A stretch of DNA of 64,000 nucleotides from Lytechinus pictus. Lineage: Eukaryota. The notes beneath the pieces were generated by a model. It saw only the letters and a program-made list of their open reading frames with translations, ran no database searches and was not told the DNA's origin. Shown here piece after piece: positions 11,944 through 25,200 of this stretch; position 1 is the first letter of the stretch, and every line of letters begins with the position of its first letter. Made by a program: the position numbers and the translations under genes. Location of the stretch: positions 66,650,001 through 66,714,000 of the forward strand of contig NC_087246.1 in NCBI RefSeq assembly GCF_037042905.1, read 5' to 3'.

Positions 11944-13494
11944 ATATATACATATATATATATATACGGTCTTACATTGGCCTTTATATATTCTTTTTTT
12001 AGTTTTTTTTTATCAAATCAATGTATGTATAATTGGTTTTGGCTTCCATGTAGGTTTTCAAAATGAAAGAGTGGGCTTATTATATTTTATAAAAATCAAT
12101 CACATTTCTATCAAAATGTAATTAAGCAACGATGCAATGGCAACTCGGAACAAAACTTTAAGGAGCTGTGGACAGTGGCGGCTGGGTGGCGGCTCCACTC
12201 GGCATGGGACAACACCCCGCGCCTCTTTAGAATTATTGCTTTCCCAGTTGCCCCTCCCTGAAATGTTGACAAGTAAAAAAGAAAAGATGGTAGGCATAAT
12301 AGGAAATGCTTTAAACGTCCCATGCATTCTAGCTGTATTAGGTTTTCCCTCTTAAGTTTTCTCACTCGGTCAACATCACCGTATAAGCTATTATATGATT
12401 ATGAGCACTGATCAGTGATTATGAGCTACACGTACCAGCCACTATTGCCGTTTGCTCTCATCTCATCCCAAATGGAGTAATACTTCGTCTACAATGGAAG
12501 TCAATAGAGTATGGGGGCAGATGGACAAGTCTCCCCCCCCCAAAAAAAAAAAAAAAGTTTTAAGGGTGGGGGATACAATAGGCCATGCCCCCACCAAATA
12601 TTTGGAAGTTAATTAGAAACTCATTATTATCTTCAAACGACAGTTAAAAAGGCAACTACTTAAAGCTTATTAATATTTGAATAACTGTTCTTTACATCGT
12701 GCATTGTGGGTTGGTGGTTCGGGTTATTATTTAAAGTATCGTATAAATATGTGATATATCATTGATAGAAGTTTATCCAATTAGTATCCCATATAACTGT
12801 ATATTATATCATTTACTGATTCATATATTTTCTGGGTGACCCAACCCTACAAGCATACTGCTTCCATGCATGGGCATCCAATTTTCCTAATATGTATATA
12901 TAAAACGAAGTATGATACGTCATTTGTATAATATTTCATTTTCATACTTTGTAATGTTTGTATATTCTTATTGTGCATGACTGTTTTTTTCATGGAAAAG
13001 TCTATATACTTATACTGACAAACGTATATGCGCGTAAAAATTTTCTCTTCTCCATATTCAGATCAGTACCAGAAATATCAGCTACCTTGGAACATGTTTA
13101 TGTCTTACAAAAAACTGAGTTAAAATGTTCCATTTTCAGGTCCGAATTAAAATAAATCAACTGGCGTATCGAGCTCGCAATGTATCCCCTTCAATAAGTA
13201 GTCCTTGAAATCTTAATTTCGTTATATCAAACATTAATCAATCACAGTTCGTGATCATGATTGCATTAATTATTTAGTTAGATAAGCCTTCTTTTCATGA
13301 TTACAAAAAGTGCGTATAAATATCCAGTTCCTATAGGCCTAGCTTTATATCCAAAAATCACGCTTTCCTCTGACACATTTCATTTCCTGACAATGTCATA
13401 CCATGGACCTATTCGTAATAGGTCCATGTCATACGTACTCTTTATGATTGTATTACATGTCAAACAGTGCTTAAAAATTAGTCAGGGTTAGTGT

Positions 13495-14660
13495 CAGTGG
13501 CGTAACTACGGGGGGGGGGGGGGCACGTGCCCCCTCAATCGGCTGACCAAAACAAAAAAAAAACGGGGAAAAGGAGAAAAAGAGGGAGAAAGGAAGAGAA
13601 ACGTAGTGGGAAAAAAGACATTATTGTTCATTATAATGTTAATATGTTATGTTATATTACATACGAAACATTTTTAATAACTTTATGAAACATAATTTGC
13701 TCAGGGCCTATGTTTTCATTGCTCCTGATGCTCGCATTGTCTGTTTACCGAGATATATAACCCTGTTATACTAAAACCTCCCGTTTTCAAGTCAATATAT
13801 ACCAAACTGCCAAATATATTTCCTCGCACTTCGAGTTATTGTTTTATGTACAATAGTATGCTTCTTTTTCATGACTACTTAAAGTGATTGCCCCGTTTTA
13901 AGGTCTTAATATAAAACATTTCCTGTCCGTGCTTACGTTAGCAGTAGCGGATTGGTGAAATATGTCTGCACTCCATGAATTCCTAGAATCAGTCCTTAAA
14001 ATGTTCCTTTTTCTGATCTGAATATCAAAAATTTTCAGATCAGAAAAAGCGCTCGCACCGTTTGGTTAGTGAACTACCTATGGTCTTCGTGAATTCCTAC
14101 AAACAAGCCTTAAAATGCCCCTCTTCAGGTCTGAATTTCCTAAATTTTCAGCTCGCGCTTCGCGCTCGCAAGATTTGATTAGTGAGATGGGTATGTTAAT
14201 CATGATTACAAGTGCTTTATGTGCATATGTTTAGATGTAATTCTAACAAAATCAGCAAGCGCTTATTGGCACTCGCATTAGATGACTATGGTGAGATGTG
14301 TATACTCTTAATGGATTCCTAAAATATAGTCCTTAAAATCTTTCTGTTTGGGGTCAATATTTACAAAAATTTCAGCTCGCGCTTTGCGCTCGCATTATTT
14401 AGCGAGACAGGTACGTATCATGATTACAAAAGAATTTTATAATGTCCTTCTTTAGGTCTGAATATCACAAATTTCAAGCTCGCGCTTCGCGCTCGCATTA
14501 TTTGACCAGTGAGATACATATCCGTTTAATGGCACTGTCCTTAAAATGTCTCTATTAGGTCAGTATACCTGGCAACTGGGCGCGCTTCGCGCGCTCACTA
14601 AGTGACTCAATTTTTTTGCTGGTGCCCCCCCCCAATGCCGTGACCCACGGTACGCCACTG
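13495..14660. mobile_element. Non-autonomous hAT-type DNA transposon
   Basis: TIR CAGTGGCGTA.../...TACGCCACTG, exact 8-bp TSD GTTAGTGT (13487-13494 and 14661-14668), internal repeated GCTCGCGCTTCGCGCTCGC motifs. Confidence 0.85.
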
Positions 14661-14793
14661 GTTAGTGTTCAGCTCGCGATAGCATTAGTGCCTCTCTTCT
14701 TATTAAAGTGCGGATATTTTTGTGTGATTTAAACGGTGTTTAAAATCTTAAGTTTTCAGGTCTGAACATTAACAATTTTTAAACTCGCATTAC

Positions 14794-15000
14794 TACACTT
14801 AAACAATGTTAAGTATTTGGCCATATTTGGTAAACGGGGAACATGCATGTTGGTTGGGTAGAGATACCCAACATTTTGTAAATTTTACACAATGTTGCGT
14901 TGAAATAGCCCAATATGGGGTAAGAAAAATACCCAGCAAACATGCATGTTCCCTTTTTACCAATATGGGTAAAATTTTACCCGAGTATTTTTAGAGTGTA
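14794..15000. mobile_element. Palindromic MITE (TACACT...AGTGTA ends)
   Basis: Inverted arms ttggtaaacggggaacatgcatgttggttgggta and tacccagcaaacatgcatgttccctttttaccaa, with terminal TACACT/AGTGTA. Confidence 0.55.
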
Positions 15001-15191
15001 GTATTTGTTTAGTATGAGAAATGTTAATGATTTCACTGAGATGCTTATACAATTTTCCGTTTCCAGCTCGCGCTTCGCGCGTGTTTCATTGATTGGTGCG
15101 ACATGTATACTCTTAATGAATTCATTCCAAAAGTCGTTAAAACGACCCCTTTAAAGAAAAATCCTGGATCCGCCCCTGCTCATTATATGAA

Positions 15192-15700
15192 GAGCTTGAT
15201 TCCAAAAGGGGCTAAATCCAGTTTTGACCAATTGATTTTTTGATATAAATATCTTAGACCTGGGAATTAAATGCACCATATCGCATTCGGAAACTGGGAA
15301 GATTGGTAAAAAATTTGATTGCAAATTTGAGTTTTATTCCAAAAAGAGCTAAATCCAAAGTTTTATTAAAAAAAAGAGCTAAATCCACTACCGGGTCATT
15401 TAAGATCGGTCAATTTATTACTTTACATAAAATTATGCATTCAATTCTTGACTACAACTCATGTATATTGTGGATACACTGGTTCGCACCATCTGTGCAA
15501 ATTTTAATGAAAGTTACATAATTTTATAAATTTTAAAAAATTCTTAAAAGTTGATGATTTGAATGATAGATCTTAAAACATGATGTAGCACTATCCGATC
15601 GTATCAAAATAAAAAAAGCTGTAGATGAGTGGTGAACTAAAAAACCTTGATTTACAGAAAAACACTAAAATAGGACTTAGCTCCTTTTAGAATAAAACTC
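15192..15700. mobile_element. MITE with ~28-bp TIRs
   Basis: GAGCTTGATTCCAAAAGGGGCTAAATCC versus GGACTTAGCTCCTTTTAGAATAAAACTC; the motif is repeated internally at ~15330-15390. Confidence 0.5.
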
Positions 15701-15719
15701 TTTATATGAATATTCCTAA

Positions 15720-15922
15720 GATTGACAATGACATTGGCCGTTTGTTTGGTCGAATAGTGCATTTGGGCCAAAGATACTTGAAACGCGATATAGGGCCATG
15801 GATTTCGCTCAAGGGCGCCCAACAGCGTTTAGTAATGGCGAAACAAGAAGTGCAAGCCGCAAGATTAAGAATTCAACGACTTCCGTGTTTTCCACGAACT
15901 TAGTTTTCACTGAAATATTTAG
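15720..15922 (+). promoter_or_regulatory. Candidate ELMO promoter and non-coding first exon
   Basis: Locally CpG-richer segment with CCAAT (attgg 15733), ETS-like ACTTCCG (~15879) and donor-like AG|GTAGAT at 15922. The first coding exon has an upstream acceptor (tatag, ~19128), implying a 5'UTR exon. Confidence 0.35.
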
Positions 15923-16334
15923 GTAGATATCTTTGCTATTATATTTTTTAATTTTTTTTTTCGTTATTTAATTCGTGTATTTCTGAATCTGATTTTCTGT
16001 TAGAAAGTGACAGTTTGAGCCGAGCCTTAGCACCGAAAATTAAATTAACTTTGTCGGTTTGTGACTTGGTCTTCTCGCGAAAAATGATTATGAAGCCCCA
16101 CCTATTGGCATTGGTGTATGTGTGTGTGAATTTGAGTTTATTATGGGGATTCTTTATTATAACTTAATTATGAACCATTGATTGACCTTGATTGAATGAA
16201 CTAACGTTAGATCTAACTTATTAGGCACTTTCTGTCACTAGAACCCCAAGTTTGGGGTATTTTTTCTTGTTCTTGGGGATAAATTCTTGATTTTTGAACA
16301 TTGTTTTTCAGTTTCATGCTAACTCCTTAGTTAA

Positions 16335-17756
16335 CCAGGGAGCTCTCTCCGGCCCGCGAATCGGGCAGGAGCTCACCGTGCATTTACTCATACTCACGGG
16401 CACTCACACAACATGCGAGGTTAGTATACTAACCTCGGACAACGCGTGTGATTACATCGTGCATTTTGACGTTTTCATTCATCACACGAATGTCAGGGAA
16501 TGAAACACGCCAAAATGGCAAAAAGTTCAACATATTTCCTATACGTAATTTACAACAATCACCTAGCTTAATTTTATAAATTTATTCGAAATTATTTGTA
16601 AAAATGATTTTTTAATGCTTACCTCCGAATTTCGGCCAAGATACTCCATCTGTCCGTCCAAGTACAGTACTGCGGTGGAAATCACTCGAACAACAATTGA
16701 AATGCGATTTTTCCTATCGAACAGTCTCGATTTAAGTCGTCGGCGCATAGGAGATTGTAGAAAAAAATCAACAGGTTGCATTTCATGTATATACTTATAG
16801 GTAAAGTACGCCATCTTTTGACAGATGATGATGAAAGTGGATTGAACGAGCAAGAAAATAATGCTGAGCGCCTAGAATGTAGCTAGCAGTACAAGCAGCA
16901 GACAAACGATACAAACTGGCATATGAATAATATTGCGCGCCCTCTTTAGGCAAAAATTGATATCCACGCTGATCAGGAGGCATCTACGTGAAGATCAAGC
17001 AAAAATGCTTTTTTATTTAAAAAAACAGCAAAGAGAATTCAACAAATGATCCATATGGTTCGGTAAGTGTCATAGCACAATTAGAAATCTTAGCTATAAT
17101 GGTATGTCATAGTTATTTGAGCAAAAAGGGTGTGAAAGATTCGTGTGCACCAGGCGCATATGAATCCTTCGCACGTGAGATGAATTGAACCCATGGGTGA
17201 CTCACAGGACTAGGGTAGATTGTGGTCACAATAACTAGGAAAGTAAATTGTGAAAACAGAAATTATGCACTTACCATGATTATATGGATGAAGGTCTATC
17301 GTGTGGCAGTATCCTGACATCGAGGCACAGACTGGAACCTCAAAAAACGAAAAGTTCTGTCGCGGTAGCTCTCTTTCTTTCAGAATTCATAGCAAAAATG
17401 GCCATTCGAGACCAGTACCGTGGGTGTAGGGCGCATGTGTGAATTTGACCAAGTCTATATGCGCTAGTGCTATAGCCTCGGTCTCGAACAACCATTTTGT
17501 TTTGAATTCTGAAAGAAGGAGAGCTACTGCGACAGAACTTTTTGTTTTTTGAGGGTCCAGTCTGTGCCTCGATGTCAGGATACTGCCACACGATAGACCT
17601 TCATCCATATAATCGTGGTAAGTGCATGATTTCTGTTTTCACAATTTGCTTTCCTAGTTATTGTGACCACAATCTATCCTAGTCCCGTGAGTATGAGTAA
17701 ATGCACGGTGAGCTCCTGGGCTCCGGCCCGCAAAGCGGGCCGGAGAGCTCCCTGGG
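16335..17756. mobile_element. Non-autonomous DNA transposon with GC-hairpin termini and a long internal palindrome
   Basis: ~65-bp TIRs (CCAGGGAGCTCTC...GAGCTCACCGTGCATTTACTCATACTCACGGG), flanking TTAGTTAA on both sides, inner inverted arms ~17200-17413 and ~17478-17691; related partial copy at 61655-61945. Confidence 0.75.
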
Positions 17757-19160
17757 TTAGTTAACTCCCAAACAAGATTGGTTATTTTAGTCGTTAGGCT
17801 TTGCCTTTTTTTTTCTTTGACATGTTTGACCAATTGAGTTTGAGTTTTCACTTCTCAAGACTCAACACCAAGTCCGTTGCCAAGTACTGAGGAGACTACT
17901 AGGGCGTAAAACAGGCCCAAAAGTGCGAACAACAATCCATAAGACAGTCTTGAATTATTTTTTCTAAAAATAAAATTATTATTTAGTTGGAATGTCTTAT
18001 ATGTAGATCTACTTTCCACCAATCATTGCCAATAAAGGGCCCTACAAAAATATGCTCAAAATTAAAGAACAAGTCCACCCTAACAAAAAGCTTGTTTGAA
18101 TAAAGAGAGAAAAATCCAACAAGCATAACACTGAAAATTTCATCAAAATTTGATGTAAAATAAGAAATAGGAAGTTATGAGTCGACATTTTAAAATTTCA
18201 CGAAACAGTTATACTGTATATGCCCATTCTGGTCGATACGCAAATGAGACTGATGATGTCATCCACTCACTATTTCTTTTTTATGTTATATGAAATATTC
18301 TTATTTTCTCATTGTCAAGTGAAACAATTAATTCCTCCCTGAAAGTCAGCCATTGTTATACTGACTGTATGCTCAAACATGTTAGATGGCGCTGTCTGTA
18401 ATGCAAGATGAGGCCTAGCGAGACATGTGATGTCCCCCCCCCCCCAAAAAAAAATATAATAATAGAGAACGTGATGAAATACTTACGCATCCCTATGTGG
18501 TTAGCAGGGCGCCATATTTGTGATCCAGTACAAATGTATGCCAAAGAACAATTCACATTGATTTGAAGTTTCCATGCTTTCATTTATTTTGACACCCAGT
18601 AGTCGGTTTCTTAGAACCCCTCCCTCCCCCCCCCCTTTCTAGAGGGATTCGTGAGCAGTAGACGTGCATGACCAGTATGGGAGACTATATCTTCTAATCC
18701 ATATCATTTATCTTCTTCCATTAGAGTACAACCCTCTTGAAGAATATTGTTATACTTGTCAAAAAAAGTGCGCGGTTGTAGAATCTGTGCAAAGGAAGTG
18801 CAGTGATAAACAATACTAAATAAAGAAAACATTTTTAGCCAAAGTGTGATTATATAAGGAAAGTCATCTTTAACTTACACTGTTTCAAAGTTTTTTTGAA
18901 AACAAAAAAAAGTAAATGGCACTTAATTGTTTTAATTTCTGTATTGATAAAAGCAGTTTCCAATATCTTCAAAGTTCATGAAAAGCCTGAGACATCAGAG
19001 TGTTGATTGAAAACAAATTTTATATTATTATTGAGAAGGCCAGTATCAGAAGATGTTTACATGCATTAATTTCTTATCACTACCCACTTCCTATTTCTAC
19101 CTTTCATTTACAATTACAACATGTATAGTTTGAGGGCTGAGATCACTACAGATCTTCAAA

Positions 19161-19286
19161 ATGGCAACCCCAGCGCAGCAAGTGCAACTGACCCTGATTG
19201 ACCCGACACAGCGGACGGATCCAAATATCATTCGTTTGGCCATTGTGATGGCTGGAAAGGGTGGCAAGCTCTATTGCCTTGATCAG
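19161..19286 (+). CDS. ELMO: ELMO coding exon 1 ([10 protein letters not shown]...[21 protein letters not shown])
   Basis: aaaATGG start context; resembles ELMO DIVKVAIEW...LMEIDQ; donor CAG|GTATGA. Confidence 0.85.
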
Positions 19287-22200
19287 GTATGAAGTGTTTC
19301 TTCCTGTAGCTGCCAGGGATCATTATATCCATTGATATGTCAGTCATTATTTTATTAACAAATTTGTCAAATTTGGTAGGTTATAACAATTTTTTAAAAG
19401 TGAAAATCATCTATGGACAATAAAAAAGCATGCAAGCTCCCCATTAATACAATATTAGTATAATAGGATGCAAGTGACATGAAATGCTACTCTGTCTTGC
19501 CCCCTGTCGTAAAGTTACCTCGGTATAATTGTGCCAATGAGAAGATATTGATTCTTTTTCATGTGAAAAGCAAAACCTGGGTGTTTTTGTATTGGTCATA
19601 TTGGATGCGATGTTACCAGGAGAACAAAATTTGCTGATGACTGTATGCTTTTAACTTTATAATGAAGTTAAATTAATAAGTTACTTTCATTTATTATTTT
19701 ACAGATCCATTTTAAATCATTCCCAGGCCATCCAAATCCATGGCCCTGGATTCCGTACTTGATTTACCTCAATGCCTCCCTCAGAGACCTTGAATATTTG
19801 GAGTGCCTTTTTTTCCCCTCTTCTGTGCTTTAATATAGACATTTGCCCCATAGAGAAGAAGAATTTCCCCCCAAATCCTTGTATGAATTACAAGCATCTT
19901 TGAAAATCACTTTATTCTGTTGTTTTTAATAGGGTAAACCTTTGAAAGAGATTGTGGAGGAGGTGTGTTCAGATTACAGCATTAATACAGCAACCGCCAC
20001 AGAGTATGCATTACAGTATGCAGAGGGAGAGAAGTACATCACAGAAGAAAACAGAAAGGATCTCACCAATGGGGACATGCTCAAACTCACAGACTCGCCT
20101 GTAAGTAATGTGCTTTCTAATTCATGCCAAAATATTTTTCATCTTGTGTCCGTAATAAGAGTCTCATTTCAATAGAATATTGGTTGTTAGCTTTGTATTT
20201 GCTAATGGTTGACCAGGAAAGGAGCTGCCAAAATAGCAGTAAAAGCTTTGTAATCTAGGTTGCTGTTGCTGTCTGGATTGTATTATCATTCCTTTAGCTG
20301 ATTATGTACTTCCAGTAAATCTGTCAAAAGCGCACTTTGAACAAAGAATGTGATTTTATTAGATTGGTTTAGATAGCATATGTTTCCTCATGAAAAACAA
20401 AAATCATTTTACGAAAAACTGTAAATTTTTTTTTTTTAGTCACTTTGGGTATTGGAGCAAAAGGAAGAGAAGTCGCTACCCTACATGAAATCACATATAC
20501 GGCCAATTTGTAGTCTCCATAGGTATCTAGTGAAAAAAAAAAATTCATTGTTATTGTTAGTCTGACATTGTTCGAACTTTCACCTATCTGCTTGTCTGAT
20601 TTGTCCTCCTCTAAAAACAACTTTGCATCGGGGTTTAGAATCTATAAATAATTTCTTCTTCATATCCCGTAGAACAAGTCAGCCCTTGACATCTACAACA
20701 AACTTCAATCCAGCACTCCAGAGGATATACGTAGTGCCCTGGTGAGACTCTCTACGGCTTCCACCGATCTGACCTTTGCACAAGATTTCATTTCCAACCA
20801 TGGTGTGGATCTCCTTGTTAAGATGGTGGAGGAAGGCAACCAGTAAGTCTCTCAAATTTTTAAAACACTTTTCAGGACAAAACAGCGTGTCCCACCAACA
20901 ATGTTGATGGCACTCTAAATGAGTATAATGTAAAAATTACCAAATCATATTGTATATAATTTCATATTTATAAACTAGCATTTATTTTGTACAACTGGCT
21001 TGAGATTTTTGCAATATGGTCCATAGAACACAGAGATATGAGCCTTCTTTCAGCACTCATCATAAAATCTCTCAATCCAAGTTTCATTTTATTGAATAAA
21101 GTACGTCGTCCAATTACGTCTTCATTCACTCTTATTTTATTTCCTTTTTTCGATTTTGGGCCAACAGCTTGCAGGCTAATAAAGATTTAAGAAAATTGGC
21201 ATGATATCTTTAATCAAACACAAGAATTATACTTAACAGTAACTACAAGGAAATAAATTAAAACATATTTTTTTTAATCCATGATCCCATCTTAAAAAGT
21301 TCCGTAATTTTTGTTTCTAGCTTGTACTTACATTATTTACATTTACTATTTATATAAGCAAAAATAAATTATGTGTAAAAAAAAGGAAGATGTTTATAAT
21401 AAATCCCAGAAAGGCTTCATCAATGGACTAGGGAGTATTTGTTTTATTATCATAATTATTGGCGCTTTTTTGTTGCCATGACTGGGGAAATTTACAAGTT
21501 GAAAGATTTTTTTTTCTGTACTAAATCGTGGCCTAACTGATCTGCCTTTAACTTGATGTCTGTCAGGCATTGTTGAACACCTTCAGCCATCTGGAGGACC
21601 ACTCGACCGACAATTATTGTCCTGACTACAAATATATTGCTCTCTTGTATGGAGAGGTTTCCTGATGTGTAATGAAAAAAAATATATCTTTGTAATTATT
21701 GGACCATATCACATAAAATTTCATCCAGAACGTTGTTGTTCTTCTTCTTCCTCCTCCTCCTTTCTCTTCTGGCTTTATCTCGAGCTACCACTTTATCATC
21801 AACTCCTAATGCATTAATTCCAGTCAAGGAAGTAAAGTTACTTGGTAACCATTTACTTCACCTGGGTCGAGTGCAGCACAATGTGGATTAATTTCTTGCT
21901 GGGATTTGAACCAACTGCCCTCTGTTTCAAATTCTTGCGACTAATCCACTGAGGAAAGAATTCTTGCAATCATAGCAATGTTTAGATTTGCCTACTTTCC
22001 TAATGAGTTTAAGAATGGTTGCGACATGAAATGCCATTTGAAATGAACAATTCACATGTTCACAATTGTCTGATTATTGTTTTTTTTTTGGGGGGGAACA
22101 TCAAACTTACCCTTCTGTTATTTCTTATGCAGGAACGGAGAGCCTCTGTCACTGACACTCAAGTCTTTTATTGAACTGTTGGATCATAATATCATATCTT

Positions 22201-25200
22201 GGGACACACTTTCTGCAAACTATGTTAAAAAGGTATGTTCAACTTATCAATGGTGGCTCAGTGGTATAGCAGGTGCCTCATAAACCAGAGGTTGTGGGTT
22301 CAATCTTCACTTTTATGGAGTGCCAGTTGTCAACTCATTCACCATGTTAAAAAATTATTCTAATCATGCTGCAAAAAGTTTTGAAATATTAATTGAGTCG
22401 TAAAATGGGAAGAATAGGAAAATACAGAAATGTTATGAATTTTAGTTAATTATTTATTTCATTATAATTGCCACGAATATGGAAGAAAAGTTATAAAGCC
22501 AGCAATCTGTAGAAGTGTGGTTTGAAATTCTAGTTTAGACTAGGGTTGAACCTAGATTAAATTATCAGAGTACCACCAAACAGTCTAAAATGTATAATGC
22601 ATGAAATTGTCTACTGAATGCTCATTAGGTTTAATACAACAGGACTAGCAATGGTAATAAAATAACATCATCTGGATCAAGTTTGCAAGATCAGAATTGG
22701 TATCGTAAAACGTGTTGGTTTCTTTGTTTACAGATTGCATCCTTTATGAACTAATATCACATAAAGCGAGTCTTACTCTTTGTAAGATTAGAATCATAAT
22801 CATGAAATATTGTTTTGTTTCTTTACAGATCGCATCGTTTGTGAACCGATCAGGTGGAACAGATGTGCAAGTCACAGAGAGGGCTTTAAATATACTTGAA
22901 AGCAGTATCTTAAACAGGTAAGATTATATAGCATGATCCCTTTGACATGATGATCCACTCTTGTAGAATAAACTTCCTTCATAGATGAGAAAAAATAGAG
23001 ATTCACCTTACCTCTTTGAAATACATGTTTCTTAAAACTTTTCATCATCAAGGATAACATTCTTATTATTTTCTTTGTTCACAAATCTCTTTCTAATTCA
23101 ATCATTTTTGATATGACATGCAGATGTCTCCAAAGGAACAGAAGGTATCTTTATCTAAGTTTAATTTTTTTATTGCATAAATATATATGACTTAGGACAA
23201 TTGAATTTACTATCAAATGTAATGCATTATTTGTTAAATTGCTTTGACTCAGGTGGTTGTAATTGACTTATAGAAAGTTGATGTGTATGAAGAATATTTG
23301 TTATTATTGCTGTGTTGATATGTATAGGTAGTTTTGAATGAACATCATTTCTATTCTGATAAGTTTGAAAATTTCTAAATTTAATGACTTATTTTAGAGA
23401 TCATCTTAACATTCTTTCAGTACCAAGCTCTACAATGTGATTGCCAATGAGATAACGTTTCACAACATGACTCAACACTTGGAAAATGCGTAAGTACTAA
23501 TCATACTGTCTTTCTTATTTCATCCTTTTGTGACTATGGTCAAAGTCTTAGTGGATCTTTAATTTTTCTTCAAATTGGCAACATTATTTTTTCTATTCAT
23601 TGTTGCATTATCTTGTTGAAATATTTTGATTAGAAATGAATGGAGATCAACAGGGAATATGTTCAGAACTTAGCCATATTTTCATCATGTTGTGCAAACA
23701 TTTTAGTGAATATTTTGCTTTGAATATTTCATCTAATCAAACAAAAGGTACTCATGTAAAATATGTGAACACGCTTTATGTAATTTTTTTTAATTTTTAA
23801 TCTGAAGTATTTGATATGATTGTTAAGACTGCATCAAAAATTATTAGACCAACCAGAATTAAAGTAGTGATAGGGAGGGGGTAGCAGTTTGCAGGCATTC
23901 CCACGAATGAATAATGACTTTGAAAGGATATTAAGTTATTGCAGAAACTTATTAAGTTATTTTGTTAATGTATAGTTTTCTGCTGTTAAGATATATTATT
24001 TTTCCATCTTTTTGAGCATTGGAAGCTAAATTTCTTTGTATGTTTTCATTCATACGTATGCCACTAATATTGCCATGTTATTCTTTGAACTGTTTGATTG
24101 ATTGATTTTTGTTTTGTTCTCTTTTATTAAAAAGTCAAAATCCTGGTATCCAGCAGAATTGTCTTGCCCTGATGAATGCTCTTTGTCTGAAAGCTCCAGA
24201 AGACAGGAAAAAGGTCAGTTCACACAAATATTTACAGAGTATAATCCTTTGGTGATAATGACAATGATAAATGGTGCACTTGTATAGAGAACACGCACCA
24301 TCCAGAGATGGTCATGGTGCTAGCTAGCCCAGCAACAGTTCTCTTGTACATAAAAAAGCTACAAATATAAACAAAATGTACATATTAACCTAAAATCACA
24401 CAATGCAAATGTTACAATCATTTGCTAGTTTTAATATATAAATACAATTTTGCATCATTTATCGGATGTAACAAAGTAACTCAGTGACTCTGATTGGAGT
24501 CAATTTCAGTCACAGTTCGAACTTGAGTCAGGAAGGCAAACTTACTCCACTTGACTTGTGTGCATAGCAGGGAAAGCTGAAGCTTTTCTGAATGAACTGG
24601 GGCTATTGTTTCTTCTTTTCTGTTCTGCTAAATCATGCTTTGTATGGAACCCATATGAAAATTACAATGGCTTTTATGTAAAGGCTAGTTTTGGATGTTT
24701 TGAGGTTAATAGCCCTTTGCTTTCATAGTTCTCTTTGCCTGCTCCATAGTAAATGACCTGTCTTGACCTAATTACACCATCAAAGTATACACACCCTCTC
24801 GTAATCTTTGTTCAATTACTGACCCTTTTAGATATTGCATTCCCTTGTCAAAACTTTCCTCTTTTGCTATAGCAGCTGCCAGGACTTGGAATGCCATCCC
24901 TCTTCCAATAAGAAATCCTTAATGTATTCTTGGCTTCATATCTTCCCTCAAAGCATTTTTTTTCTTCAATGATTAACTTCTGCTTATCTTGAAAAACCTG
25001 ATTGCGATAATCATTGTTAGTATGGTTATTATTTGTCATACTTTGTACGTGCTATGGTACTTGTTATTTTTAGCGCCTCTAAATATTCATAATTATTATT
25101 ATTCATTATTATTATTGTGGCTCAATACTGGATGACTTGACAAGACTTTTGATTTTACTACCCACTGATTCATGCCTGCATAGTGATAAGAGGTGTATCA

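Noticed and set aside
16563-16983. Transposase remnant inside the foldback element
   Set aside because: No DDE, tyrosine-recombinase or HUH motifs recognisable in the short ORFs.
22251-22312. tRNA-like sequence after ELMO exon 4
   Set aside because: Degenerate SINE head; the cloverleaf cannot be completed.
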